Origin: an uncultured delta proteobacterium
GTDB lineage: Bacteria; Myxococcota_A; Polyangia; Haliangiales; Haliangiaceae
DNA: 64,000 bases
Assembly (NCBI GenBank): GCA_963848295.1
Contig: CAWKDB010000004.1
Coordinates: forward strand, 1 to 64,000
Reading direction: 5' to 3'
Part shown: positions 18,784 to 29,301 of the stretch, piece after piece
How positions within the stretch are numbered: the first letter of the stretch is position 1
Layout: each line of letters starts with the position of its first letter
The notes under the pieces: model-generated
Seen by the model: the letters and a program-made list of their open reading frames with translations, nothing else
Database searches by the model: none
What the model was told of the DNA's origin: nothing
Made by a program: the position numbers and the translations under genes

Positions 18784-21032
18784 CGGGCGATCGCGTCTGC
18801 GACGAGTGCCTGACCGAGTGCGATACCGCCGTCACCCGGCGGGACCTCGCGGTGGACATAGACCTCGAGATCGCGCAGGGCTCGTCCAATGCCCTCGGCG
18901 AGCCGGGGATTCTGGAATGCTCCGCCGGTGAGCACGATCGGCAACCGTCCGCGGGCTTCGACCGCGGCGCGCACGCGCTCGACGGTCGCGACGATCAGCG
19001 TGTCGTGGAACCGCGCCGACACGACCGACGGCGGAACTCCGGATTGCAGCTCGCCGGCAACCGCACGGACGAGCGGGCGCAGATCGACGGCTGGCAACTC
19101 CCCGGCGACCGCGAACGGGTAGACACCGTGTGCGCCGTCGGCCGCGACGTTCCATGCGACCGCGAGCTGCCCCTCGTAGCTCGAGGCTCCGCGGCCCAGC
19201 CCGAGTGCGCCGATGCCGTCGAAGAACCGCCCGATGCCGCGCGCGTACGACGTGTTGACCTCCGCGCGGATCATGCCCCGAACGACCGCGATCGAGCGCG
19301 CGGGCACGGCGTCGAACAGCGGCAGGTTTGCGAGCGGCGCCTCGCCGCCGAACGCATCGTCGAGTAGCGCCAGCGCGATTCGCCACGGCTCGCGGATCGC
19401 GAGATCGCCGCCGGCGAGGGCGACCGGCCGGAACGTCGCGAGCCGCTCGAACCCGGCGTAACGTGCGAGCAGGATCTCGCCGCCCCACGCGGTGCCGTCG
19501 GTGCCCCAGCCGGTGCCGTCGTAGGCGACGCCGATGACCGGACCGTCGAGCCCGTGCTCGGCCATCGCGCTCGCGACGTGCGCGTGGTGATGCTGCACGC
19601 CGATCCGACGCTCCGGGCGATCGTGCGCGTATCGCGTCGACAGGTACCCGGGATGCAGATCGTAGGCGATGACCTCCGGCCGAACTTCCAGGATCTGTTC
19701 CATCCGAGCGATCGCACCCTCGAAGAACCCGAGCGCGGGGACGGTCTCGAGATCCCCGATGTGGGGCCCGAGGTACGCGCTATCGCCGGCGGCGACGCAG
19801 AACGTGTTCTTGAGCTGCGCACCGACGGCGAGCACCGGCCGCGCGACCGCACGCGCCAGCGGGATCGGGCGCGGCGCATAGCCGCGCGATCGGCGGAGCA
19901 GCGTCGGCCGCCCCGCGATCACGCGTGCGACCGAGTCATCGCAGCGCGTCGCGATCGCACGGTCGTGGACGAGCAATGCGTCGGCGATCGCGCCGAGCCG
20001 GTGCACGGCCTCGGCGTTGTCGGCGCAGATCGGCTCTTCGGACGGATTGGCCGAGGTCATCACCAGCGGTCGGCCAACCGCGGCGAGCAGCAGGTGATGG
20101 AGCGGGGTGTACGGCAGCATCAGCCCGACGAGCTCGGTCTCGGGCGCGACCGCGCGGGCGAGCGCGGCGTCCGTGCGACGACGAACGAGCACGATCGGCC
20201 GCTCCGGTGCCACGAGCAACGCGATCTCGGCGGCGTCGAGCTCGGCGAGCGCGTGCGCGGCGACGAGATCGGCCACCATCACGGCGAACGGCTTTTCGTC
20301 GCGGCGCTTGCGCCGGCGCAGCGTCGCGATCGCCGGCGCGCAGGTCGCGTCGCACGCGAGATGGAACCCGCCGAGGCCCTTGATCGCGACGACCTCGCCC
20401 CGCTCGAGCCGCGCGGCGGCGTCGCCAAGCGGATCGGCGGTCGCGATCGGCGCTCCGTCGGGGGACCACAGCGCAAGTCGGGGGCCGCACATCGGGCACG
20501 CGTTGGGTTGCGCATGAAATCTGCGATCGCGCGGATCGTCGTACTCCCGCTGGCAAGCCGGGCACATCGCGAACGGCGCCATCGTCGTCGCCGGCCGGTC
20601 GTAGGGCACCCCCGTCGCGATCGTGAAGCGAGGACCGCATGCCGTGCAGTTCGTGAAGGCGTAGCCGTGCCGGCGATCGTGCGGGTCGGCGATTTCGCGC
20701 GCGCAGTCGGGGCACGTCGCGAGGTCGGGTGGGATCGACAGCGCGCGCGGACCGCCCTCGACGCTGTGCACGATCACGAAGTCGTTCGCCGACTCGTGCG
20801 GAATCGCTTCGGCGACCAGCTCGCGGACGCGCGCCGGCGAGGGTGGCTCGCGTAGTCGAGCGACCAAGCGATCGAGCGCGTGCTCGCCGCCGAACGCTTC
20901 GATCGTCACGCCGCGGGCATGGTTGTGCACTCGCCCGGCGACGCCGATCTCGTGCGCGATGCGGTAGACCCACGGCCGGAATCCGACTCCCTGCACGGTC
21001 CCGCGGATCTCGATGCGCAGGCCTCCATTCAT
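18777..21032 (-). CDS. hypF: Carbamoyltransferase HypF
   Basis: GTVQGVGFRP, zinc fingers CPDC..CTACGPRF and CPAC..CPMCGP, KGLGGFHL, QHHHAH and PGDGGIALGQ motifs. Confidence 0.95.
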   Translation of the reverse strand: MNGGLRIEIRGTVQGVGFRPWVYRIAHEIGVAGRVHNHARGVTIEAFGGEHALDRLVARLREPPSPARVRELVAEAIPHESANDFVIVHSVEGGPRALSIPPDLATCPDCAREIADPHDRRHGYAFTNCTACGPRFTIATGVPYDRPATTMAPFAMCPACQREYDDPRDRRFHAQPNACPMCGPRLALWSPDGAPIATADPLGDAAARLERGEVVAIKGLGGFHLACDATCAPAIATLRRRKRRDEKPFAVMVADLVAAHALAELDAAEIALLVAPERPIVLVRRRTDAALARAVAPETELVGLMLPYTPLHHLLLAAVGRPLVMTSANPSEEPICADNAEAVHRLGAIADALLVHDRAIATRCDDSVARVIAGRPTLLRRSRGYAPRPIPLARAVARPVLAVGAQLKNTFCVAAGDSAYLGPHIGDLETVPALGFFEGAIARMEQILEVRPEVIAYDLHPGYLSTRYAHDRPERRIGVQHHHAHVASAMAEHGLDGPVIGVAYDGTGWGTDGTAWGGEILLARYAGFERLATFRPVALAGGDLAIREPWRIALALLDDAFGGEAPLANLPLFDAVPARSIAVVRGMIRAEVNTSYARGIGRFFDGIGALGLGRGASSYEGQLAVAWNVAADGAHGVYPFAVAGELPAVDLRPLVRAVAGELQSGVPPSVVSARFHDTLIVATVERVRAAVEARGRLPIVLTGGAFQNPRLAEGIGRALRDLEVYVHREVPPGDGGIALGQALVADAIARA

Positions 21033-21034
21033 CG

Positions 21035-21589
21035 TCACAACCCCAACGCGCGGGCGCCCTCGTCGTGCGCGCCGAGCGCCTGCTCGCGATGATGAGGCTC
21101 GATGCCCAGCCGCCCGAGCTCCACGATCACCGCCTCGACCAGCCCGTCGAGGCTCGCGGCGACCTCCGGCGTACAACCCAGCCGGAGCTCGGTCATCGCG
21201 GGCACGACGCCGACGATCACCACTTCGTCGGGATACCGATCGCACAACGTCGCTCCCGCGAGCAGGTCTGCGACGCCGATCTGGTGCGCCGAGAGTCGCT
21301 CGTAGACCGCGGGCGCGACGTCATCGCCCGCTAGGCGGATCAGCGTTCCGGGTGGGCCGTCACCACGCACGGCGTCGACGAGGATCACGCGGTCGGAGGC
21401 GGCGATCAACGCGAGCAGATCGAGCCCGAGCGTACCGCCGTCGACGATGCGTACGCCATCCGGCATCGCCCACTCGCGACGCACGCGGTGCACGGCGGCG
21501 ACGCCGGCGCCGTCGTCGCCGCAGATGATGTTGCCCAGGCCCAGCACGAGGACCCGGATCCGATCCGGGTCACTTGTCGGTGTCGTCAT
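21035..21589 (-). CDS. Hydrogenase maturation endopeptidase (HyaD/HybD family)
   Basis: [21 protein letters not shown] and SAHQ motifs. Confidence 0.9.
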   Translation of the reverse strand: MTTPTSDPDRIRVLVLGLGNIICGDDGAGVAAVHRVRREWAMPDGVRIVDGGTLGLDLLALIAASDRVILVDAVRGDGPPGTLIRLAGDDVAPAVYERLSAHQIGVADLLAGATLCDRYPDEVVIVGVVPAMTELRLGCTPEVAASLDGLVEAVIVELGRLGIEPHHREQALGAHDEGARALGL

Positions 21590-22292
21590 CGGGGATCCGG
21601 TCCTTCGGCAGGAACTTGTAGCCACTGAAGATCGAGTCGAGCGTGCCGTTCTTCTCGACGCGCGACACGAGCAGCGCGCTGAAGATGTGGTGAACCACGA
21701 AGCCGAGCAGCAGCCACATCACGACGTGATGGATCCACCGCGCCCCCTGGACACCGTGGAAGATCGGCAGCAGGAATCGCCAGACGTGCATGTAAGAGGT
21801 GGCATCCACCGAATAGATCGCGAACCCCGTGGCGATCATCACCAGGTACAGCCCGAACACCGCGACGTAGGTGAGGCCGGCGAGCGGGTTGTGGCCGATC
21901 ACCGGCGGCGGTACGCGCTGCAAGAACATGTAGAACTTGAGGCTCTCGATCAGGCCGCGGCGGCGACGGCGGCTGGTCGGGATGAATTGCCGCCAGTTCG
22001 TTCGGCGCGGCCCGATGAACATCCAGACGATCCGGGACGCGACCGCGAGCGAGAACACGATCGCCGCATACGAGTGGATCACCTTGGCGTATCCGGTCAC
22101 GAAGTGCTCGCGCGCGGGCCCGGATGCCGAGATGAACGGATGGCCCAGGTAGATGCCGGTGACGGCGAGGACGATCATCGAGAACACGATCAGCCAGTGC
22201 GTCGCGCGCACGACCAGGTCCCACACGTAGACCGGCTCGAGCGCCGCCTCGCCGGCCTGAGCGTCAGTGCTCGGCGCCCGCGCGGTCGCCAT
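21570..22292 (-). CDS. hyaC: Ni/Fe-hydrogenase b-type cytochrome subunit
   Basis: [19 protein letters not shown], His ligands and SIFSGYK. Confidence 0.9.
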   Translation of the reverse strand: MATARAPSTDAQAGEAALEPVYVWDLVVRATHWLIVFSMIVLAVTGIYLGHPFISASGPAREHFVTGYAKVIHSYAAIVFSLAVASRIVWMFIGPRRTNWRQFIPTSRRRRRGLIESLKFYMFLQRVPPPVIGHNPLAGLTYVAVFGLYLVMIATGFAIYSVDATSYMHVWRFLLPIFHGVQGARWIHHVVMWLLLGFVVHHIFSALLVSRVEKNGTLDSIFSGYKFLPKDRIPDDDTDK

Positions 22293-24017
22293 CACCGCAC
22301 CTTGACACGCGATAGCTCGCGCCCGGCCGGGTCGATCGACGTGGACCCCGCACGCCATGCACGGATCGAACGAATGCACGGTGCGCAGGATCTCGAGCGG
22401 CTGTTCGGGATCCGCGACCGGCGTGCCGAGCAGCGCGGCCTCGTAGGGGCCGGGCGACTTCATGCGCGTCGCGCGGTCCCGCGTTCCACGTGCTCGGCAC
22501 GATGCACTGGTAGTGCGCGATCGCTGCCGTTCTCGATGTGCGACCCAGTGGCCGAGCGACGCCGCGCGGCGCCTCGTGGAAGCCTGCGCCCACCGCCTTC
22601 GCGGGCCAGCTCGACGGATCCCACTTGTCGTTGTCGTGGATGCGGAGCTCGTCCGCGACCCATGTTGTCCGCGAGCTCGTCGACCCAGTCGCCCATCTTG
22701 TCGGCGAGTACAGCGGTCTCGATGCCGCGCGCCGCGACGCGCCCGAGCGTCGAGAAGAGCGCCTCGGGGCCGACGCCGAGCTTGGCGAGCGCGCCGTCGA
22801 CCAGCGCCTTCACCTGTGGCGTGCCCCGACGCGTACGCGACGAGCATGCGCGCGAGCGGACCGACCTCCATCGGCACGCCGTCGTAGCGCGGCGACTTGA
22901 GCCAGCGAATACTTCGCGGTCGGTGTCGAGCCGCTCGTAGGGCGGCTTCGGGCCCGTGTACGTCGGCTTCGTCTCGCCCACCGACGGATGCAGCGCGACG
23001 TCGTCGCCGCCCTCGTAGTCGTACCAGGAGTGCTTGACCTGCTCGGTGATCTTGGCGGGATCGAGCTTCTCGATGTGCGACAGGTCGCGGTTGCGGATGA
23101 CGCCGCTCGGCAAGAAGCGCGGCGCGTTCGGGCCGTCGTCGAGCGGGTACTCGCCGTAGACCATGTAGTTGCCGACGCCCGGCGCCGTAGCCCGCCCAGT
23201 CCTTGTAGAACGACGCGACCGCGAGCAGATCCGGGATGTAGACGCGCGTTGACGAACGCGCGTGCGCCTTCGCGATGAGCTGCGCGCAGCGCCGCGATGG
23301 TGCCGATGTTGAGCGCCGCTTGCGTGTTCGGATCGACCGGCGTCGCCATGCCGCCGACGAGGAAGCTCTGCAGGTGCGGGTTCTTGCCGCCGAGGATCGC
23401 GTGCAGCTTGATGAACTCGCGCTGCCAGTCGAGCGCCTCGAGGTAGTGCGCGACCGCCATCAGGTTCGCCTCGGGCGGCAGCTTGTAGGCGGGATGGCCC
23501 CAGTACGCGTTCGCGAACGGGCCGAGCTGACCGCGATCGACGAACGCCTTGAGCCGATCGCTGCACGCCTGTGAAGTACGTCGCGCTCGAGAGCGGCCAG
23601 TCGGAGATCGACTGCGCGAGCGGCGAGGTCTTCGGCCGGGTCGGCCGACAGCGCCGACACGACGTCGACCCAGTCGAGCGCGTGCAGGTGATAGAAGTGG
23701 ATCACGTGGTCCTGGACGCATCTGCGCGGCGATGATCAGGTTGCGCAAGACGCGTGCGTTGGGCGGCGGCACGGCGCCGATCGCGTCCTCGACGGCGCGA
23801 ATCGACGCGATCGCGTGCACCGTGGTGCACACGCCGCAGATCCGCTGGCGTGAACACCCACGCGTCGCGCGGATCGCGACCCTTGAAGGATCAGCTCGAT
23901 GCCGCGGAACATCGTCGAGGACGACCACGCGTCCTTGACGAGGCCCCCGTCGACCTCGGCCTCGATGCGGAGGTGACCCTCGATGCGGGTCACGGGGTCG
24001 ACGACGATGTGGGTCAC
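22292..24017 (-). pseudogene. hyaB: [NiFe]-hydrogenase large subunit (group 1), many frameshifts, probably sequencing error
   Basis: [41 protein letters not shown] and DPCMACGVH are spread over all three frames. Confidence 0.9.
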
Positions 24018-25187
24018 GAGTCACCTGTCTTGTCGGAGGCGGATTCGGTCGGCGTCGCCGCGGATTCGGCGGGCGGAGGAGGCGCCGTTGGCGCGTGCGC
24101 GTCACGTCGTTTGTCGAGCTTGCTCTTGCCGATCTGGACCAGCGCCGTGGCCGGCGAACGCGACGCCGACCGCGGCGGCCGCGAGGGCGCCGACCTTGTC
24201 GATCGCCGGTCGCGTCGCCGAAACCGGGGATCGCCCGACAGGTGACTGTAGAACGGCGTCATTCGGTCCCAGAACTCTGGCTCTGCGCAGCCGATGCACG
24301 GGTGACCGCACCCGATCGGCCAGTTGGTGTCGTCGTTCCAGCGGATGTTCGGGCAGTTCTGGAACGTCGACCGGACCCTTGCAGCCCATCTTGTAGAGGC
24401 AATGGCCGTCGCGATGGCCCTCGTCGCCCCACATCTCGACGTACTGCCCGGCATCGAAGTGCGCGCGTCGCTCGCAGTCGTCGTGGATCGACTTGCCGTA
24501 GGCGAACATCGGTCGATTGAGGTGATCGAGTGGCGGCCAGCGGTCGAACGTGAGGAAGTACGTGATGAGCGGCGACCAGGTTCTCGCCGTTGACCGGACA
24601 TGCCGGCATGTTGATCAGCGTTCTTGATCCCGGGCACGGCGTCGGCCACGCTGAGCGCGCCCGTCGGGTTCGGCGCCGCGGCCGGCAGCCCGCCGAACGC
24701 GGCGCACGTGCCGACCGCGATCACCGCGAGCGCATCCTTGCAGGCCTCCTCGCGCGATCTGCAGCGCCGAGCGGCCGCCGATCGTGCAGTACGCGCCGTC
24801 GGCGCCGATCGGGATCGACCCTTCGATCACGACGATGTACTGACCCTTCTTCGTCGAGAGCGTCGTCGCGAGGGCCTCCTCGGCGCGCTTGCCGGCCGCC
24901 GCCATGATCGTCTCGTGGTAGTCGAGGGAGAGGAGATCGAGGATGACATCGGCAGCGGTCGGCTTGGACGCGCGCAGGAACGATTCGGTGTTGCCGGCGC
25001 AGTCCTGAAACTCGAGCCAGACGACCGAAGGCTTCTGCTTGGTCTCGAGCGCGGTGAGGATCTTCGCGGCCGCCGATCGCTGCAGTCCGAGCATCGCGGC
25101 GATCCCTGCACAGAACCCCACGAAGTCGCGGCGAGTGATGCCACGGGCTTCGAGCTCGCGCTCCAAGGAGCTGATGTCACGCGCCAT
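24014..25187 (-). pseudogene. hyaA: [NiFe]-hydrogenase small subunit with Tat signal and C-terminal anchor, frameshifted as given
   Basis: TRRDF Tat motif, [37 protein letters not shown] and GHPCIGC across frames. Confidence 0.9.
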
Positions 25188-25199
25188 GTGATCGTTCCC

Positions 25200-25215
25200 A
25201 GCAAGTCATGTGCCT
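25200..25215 (-). promoter_or_regulatory. Sigma-54 promoter of hydrogenase operon
   Basis: AGGCACATGACTTGCT, near-consensus; ATG 14 nt after the -12 C. Confidence 0.85.
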
Positions 25216-25244
25216 GCAAACGGAGGCTCCATGCAGGACAATGG

Positions 25245-25287
25245 CGCTACCATTGCGACCTTCGGCGGCTCCCGCGCAGGTCTTGCG
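25245..25287. promoter_or_regulatory. Paired CGCA-N5-TGCG sites
   Basis: CGCTACCATTGCG (25245) and CGCAGGTCTTGCG (25275), 30 bp apart. Confidence 0.7.
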
Positions 25288-25364
25288 CGAAATTTGACCG
25301 CCGCACCTCGATGCCGCGGTGGCGACGTCGCGCAAGCGAGCGATCGGCTCGACCGAGCCCCCTC

Positions 25365-25380
25365 TGGCTCGCGCGCTGCA
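25365..25380 (+). promoter_or_regulatory. Sigma-54 promoter
   Basis: TGGCTCGCGCGCTGCA; ATG 14 nt after the -12 C. Confidence 0.7.
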
Positions 25381-25392
25381 GGGATGGCGGTG

Positions 25393-25740
25393 ATGCAGTC
25401 TCCTGTCGAGATCACGTTTCGCGGAATGTCCCCAAGCCCTTCAGTCGAGGAGGCTATTCAGCGCTCGGTCAGTCGCCTCGAGCAAAGCTTCGACCGCGCT
25501 CTGAGCTGCTCGGTAGTCATCGAAGTACCGCATCATCACCGTCAGCGCGGCAACCTGTTTCACGTCCGCGTCGAGTTGAGAGTGCCTGGGCTGGAGATCG
25601 AAGTATCGCGGGACCCCGCGCGCGACCAGAGGCACGAAGACGTGTATGTCGCTCTGTCGGATGCGTTCCGCGCGGCTCAGCGCCAGCTGCAAGAACATCT
25701 ACAGATCCGCCGTGGGGATATCAAAAGTCACAGCCTGTGA
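25393..25740 (+). CDS. HPF/RaiA-family ribosome-associated protein
   Basis: MQSPVEITFRGMSPS...CSVVIEVPH...HEDVYVALSDAF. Confidence 0.85.
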   Translation: MQSPVEITFRGMSPSPSVEEAIQRSVSRLEQSFDRALSCSVVIEVPHHHRQRGNLFHVRVELRVPGLEIEVSRDPARDQRHEDVYVALSDAFRAAQRQLQEHLQIRRGDIKSHSL

Positions 25741-25839
25741 TCCCGGGGACCAGGGCTCGCACGATCCCGCGACACGGATCCGGTGCCCGGGTCAGAAGCA
25801 AGCTCCGCGCAGTATCGCGTCGCGAGCTTTCTTCGTTGG

Positions 25840-28452
25840 CTACGCAGCAACTGCGCGCCGGCTGTCCCGTTCTGCAATGGATCCGAGCGCGAGCGGAGCC
25901 TCCGAACCGGTCAGTCGAGGGATCACCCGGTGTTTGACGACCTCGACGAGGGCGAGGTAGGTCGCGACGACGATCGTCACGAACAAGAGGTAGCTCGGTG
26001 GCATCGGCACGAGGCCAAGCGTCGCGGCGACCGGGGTGTACGGCAGCACCCCGCCGATCGTCACCACGAGCAGCGTCGTGATCGTGAGCGGGAGGCTCGG
26101 TCGGTTCGACCACGGCCGCCCCGCGGTCCGGATCACGAACAGCACGAGCGTCTGCGTGGCGAGTGACTCGAGAAACCAGCCCGTGTGAAAGGCCGCCTCG
26201 CCGAAATGGAACCAACGCAGCAGCACGAAGAACGTCAGGAAGTCATACAGCGAGCTGATCGGACCCATGATGATCATGAAACGACGGATGAGCCCGATGT
26301 CCCAGCGCTGGGGCCGGCGGATGTGGATCGGATCGACGGTGTCCGTCGGGATCGTGATCTGCGCGAAGTCGTAGAGGAAGTTGTTGAGCAAGATCTGGGT
26401 CGGCAGCATCGGCAGGAACGGCAGGAGCAGCGCCGCGCCGACCATGCTGAACATGTTGCCGAAGTTCGAGCTGGTGCCCATCAACAGGTACTTGAGGACG
26501 TTCCCGAACGACCGACGGCCGGCGATGATCCCCGCGTGCAGCACTTCGAGCCGCCGCTCCATCAAGATGATGTCAGATGCCTCCCGTGCGATATCGACGG
26601 CACCGGCGACCGAGATCCCGACATCGGCCGCGTGGAGCGATGGTGCATCGTTGATCCCATCCCCCATGAAGCCGACGACATGGCCGCCTGCCTTGAGCGC
26701 TTGGATGATCCGGTGCTTCTGGCCGGGCGAGACCCTCGCGAACACGCGCGTCTGATCGGCGAGATGGGAGAGCGCGACTTCGTCCAGGTGCTCGACCTCG
26801 TCACCGAGTACGATCTGCCCCGCATCGACACCGGCCTGGTCGCAGATGTAACGCGTGACAAGCTCGTTGTCGCCTGTGACGATCTTGATCTCGACGCCGT
26901 CACGGCGGAGCTCGTCGATCGATGCGCGCACGCCGTCGAGTAGATGATCCGCGAAGGTCAGGAACCCGACAAACGTGAGATCGCATTCGTCGTCGAAACG
27001 AAAGCCCGCGCCACGGGTCACCGGGCGATATGCGACCGCCAGAACGCGGAACCCGCGGCAACTCAACTCGTGAAACTGCCCCAGGCTCAGCTCGCGCGCG
27101 TCGGCATCGAACGCACGCACTTCGCCGTCGACCTCGTAGCTCGAGCACACACCGAGCACGCTCTCCGGTGCACCCTTGGTCACGAACAAGTAGCTCGCGT
27201 CGTGCTCGAGGACGACCGACAGCCGACGGCGCTCGAAGTCGAACGGAATCTCGTCGGTCTTGCGGTAGCCAACGGTGGCGAGCTGGCGAGCGAGGATCGC
27301 GACATCGAGGGGGCTCCGGATCCCCGACTGGAACGTGCTGTTCAGATGACCGAGGATCAGCGGGCGATCGGCAGGCCGGCCGGTCGGGTCGATCGACACA
27401 TCGAACGACATCGTCCCAGCGGTCAGAGTGCCGGTCTTGTCGCTGCACAGGACGTCGATGCTGCCGAGGTTCTGGATCGCCGACAGGTGCTTCACGATCA
27501 CCTTCTCGCGCGCCATCCGCACGGCGCCCTGCGCGAGCGTGACCGTGGTGATCATCGGCAGAAACTCTGGGGTCAGCCCGACGGCGAGTGCGACCGAGAA
27601 CAGGACCGACTCGAGCGCGTTACGGCCGAGCGCGACATTGATCACGAGGATGAACAGCACGAGGAAGCTCACGGTCTGGAGGATCAGCATCCCGAACCGC
27701 CGCATCCCGCGATCGAACTCGGTCTCGGCGGGACGGGCGGCGAGCCGGGCGACGATGTCGCCGAACGCGGTGGCTTGACCCGTCGCGAGCACGACCGCGG
27801 TCGCGGTACCGCTCACGATCGACGTGCCTAGAAATAGTAGCTCCGGCGTATCCGGCCCGGCGGACATGACTGCGCCAGAGCTCGCGGACTTCTCGATCGG
27901 CAGCGACTCTCCGGTGAGCGCCGCCTGCTGGACATGGAGATCCACGGCTTCGATCAGCCGAACGTCGGCCGGTACGAGATCGCCCGCGGACAACCGAACG
28001 ACATCGCCGACGACGATCTCCCTCCGCAACAACTCGACCCAGCCATCGTCGCGCCGGATCGTGGCGGTCGGAGCGACCTGCGTCTGAAGCCGCTTGACCG
28101 CGCGCTCGGATCGAAACGTCTGCCAGAAGTTGATGCCGGCGCTCAACGACACGATCCCGCCGATGATCGCCGCATCGACGACCTGACCGAGAAAGGCCGA
28201 TGCCACGCACGCCACGAGCAGGATCATGACGAGTGGGTTGAGCGCGGCGCGTACGATCTCGACGATCTTCGCGCCAAGACTCGTAACGGCGAGCTGATTC
28301 GGACCGGCGTCGTCGAGACGTCGTCGAGCCTCGACCGAGCTCAGTCCCTTCGGCGAGGTCCGGAGTCTGAGAAGCAGCTCCGCGAGCGACTCGCTCGACA
28401 GGGTGCCCTGGCGTGATGCCGCGACACCGCGTGTGGAGAGACCGGATCGCAC
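25840..28452 (-). CDS. mgtA: Magnesium-translocating P-type ATPase
   Basis: LTGES, GLTPEFLP, DKTGT, KGAPE, GDGINDAP and SSNFGNMFS motifs. Confidence 0.9.
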   Translation of the reverse strand: MRSGLSTRGVAASRQGTLSSESLAELLLRLRTSPKGLSSVEARRRLDDAGPNQLAVTSLGAKIVEIVRAALNPLVMILLVACVASAFLGQVVDAAIIGGIVSLSAGINFWQTFRSERAVKRLQTQVAPTATIRRDDGWVELLRREIVVGDVVRLSAGDLVPADVRLIEAVDLHVQQAALTGESLPIEKSASSGAVMSAGPDTPELLFLGTSIVSGTATAVVLATGQATAFGDIVARLAARPAETEFDRGMRRFGMLILQTVSFLVLFILVINVALGRNALESVLFSVALAVGLTPEFLPMITTVTLAQGAVRMAREKVIVKHLSAIQNLGSIDVLCSDKTGTLTAGTMSFDVSIDPTGRPADRPLILGHLNSTFQSGIRSPLDVAILARQLATVGYRKTDEIPFDFERRRLSVVLEHDASYLFVTKGAPESVLGVCSSYEVDGEVRAFDADARELSLGQFHELSCRGFRVLAVAYRPVTRGAGFRFDDECDLTFVGFLTFADHLLDGVRASIDELRRDGVEIKIVTGDNELVTRYICDQAGVDAGQIVLGDEVEHLDEVALSHLADQTRVFARVSPGQKHRIIQALKAGGHVVGFMGDGINDAPSLHAADVGISVAGAVDIAREASDIILMERRLEVLHAGIIAGRRSFGNVLKYLLMGTSSNFGNMFSMVGAALLLPFLPMLPTQILLNNFLYDFAQITIPTDTVDPIHIRRPQRWDIGLIRRFMIIMGPISSLYDFLTFFVLLRWFHFGEAAFHTGWFLESLATQTLVLFVIRTAGRPWSNRPSLPLTITTLLVVTIGGVLPYTPVAATLGLVPMPPSYLLFVTIVVATYLALVEVVKHRVIPRLTGSEAPLALGSIAERDSRRAVAA

Positions 28453-28456
28453 GCTG

Positions 28457-28948
28457 TCACCGGTTCGCGAACGCGAGCCGCGGGCGAGGCGGGAGCAACT
28501 CGAGCTCGGCGAGTCGATCGCGGAGCTCGGCGGTCGCGAGCTTCGTGAAGTCGCGCTCGAGCTCCGTGATCGTCACGGTACGGCGTAGCGGCTCGAGCGA
28601 TGCCTGGAGCTCGCCGAGCATCCGGGAGCTCGCGACGATGACGAGCTTCTGATAGCTGTTGTCGTGGGTAATCCGGGTCAGCTCGCCGACGATCTGTCTC
28701 GCAAAGTTGGTATCGAGCTGATCGAGGTGGTGTTGGCGATGGTCGTCGAACGCGTACCCGCGATGCCCGGTGTGGTTCGCTCCCGTATCGTCGGAGAACA
28801 GCTCGCTCGGTCGCTGACGGCGCGCCGAATCGACGAGGTCGACTTCCTCGCGGAGCTCGTCGTGAGGCTCGTCCGGCTCGAGGCGTTGTTCGTAACTGTA
28901 GATCCGTGCACGAGCGGCGTCGGCAACGACAAGACAGATTCGCTTCAT
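28457..28948 (-). CDS. Host-attachment (AtsE-like, aeRF1-related) protein
   Basis: LVVADAARARIY...FARQI...LVIVASSRMLGEL...RDFTKL. Confidence 0.8.
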   Translation of the reverse strand: MKRICLVVADAARARIYSYEQRLEPDEPHDELREEVDLVDSARRQRPSELFSDDTGANHTGHRGYAFDDHRQHHLDQLDTNFARQIVGELTRITHDNSYQKLVIVASSRMLGELQASLEPLRRTVTITELERDFTKLATAELRDRLAELELLPPRPRLAFANR

Positions 28949-28960
28949 GACGTGGAACGC

Positions 28961-28976
28961 TGCAAGGCTCTGGCCG
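28961..28976 (-). promoter_or_regulatory. Sigma-54 promoter
   Basis: CGGCCAGAGCCTTGCA; ATG 14 nt after the -12 C. Confidence 0.7.
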
Positions 28977-29005
28977 GGTTCGGCGGCCGCTCATCGGTCA
29001 AACCG

Positions 29006-29047
29006 TGCAGACGCTGCGCTCGCCCCCTCCGCAACGCAATCGGTGCG
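29006..29047. promoter_or_regulatory. Paired CGCA-N5-TGCG sites
   Basis: TGCAGACGCTGCG (29006) and CGCAATCGGTGCG (29035), 29 bp apart. Confidence 0.7.
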
Positions 29048-29078
29048 CGTTATTCGCGCCCGATCGACGAGCATGGAT

Positions 29079-29094
29079 TGGAACACGAGGTGCA
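29079..29094 (+). promoter_or_regulatory. Sigma-54 promoter
   Basis: TGGAACACGAGGTGCA; ATG 17 nt after the -12 C. Confidence 0.7.
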
Positions 29095-29109
29095 GAGACG
29101 AGCTTCATT

Positions 29110-29292
29110 ATGATGAAGACGACGATCGGTCAGCTCGTAGCCAGTCTGTTCACCCAGTACGAGCACCGTTATCACGACGAGGAGCTCGCCGCGGTCGCGA
29201 CCCAAGTGACCGTCGATGACCTGATCAGCGCGCGTCGCCGGCACGATGTCGAGCTCCGCGTGGCCACGCGGTCGCGCCGCCGGGCGGCCTGA
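29110..29292 (+). CDS. Small hypothetical protein (60 aa)
   Basis: MMKTTIGQLVASLF...DEELAAVATQV; follows a sigma-54 motif. Confidence 0.7.
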   Translation: MMKTTIGQLVASLFTQYEHRYHDEELAAVATQVTVDDLISARRRHDVELRVATRSRRRAA

Positions 29293-29301
29293 GGAGACGC
29301 G

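Noticed and set aside
22330..24760. Programmed frameshifting or phase variation in hydrogenase genes
   Set aside because: Too many scattered indels and no slippery or repeat tracts; sequencing error is more plausible.
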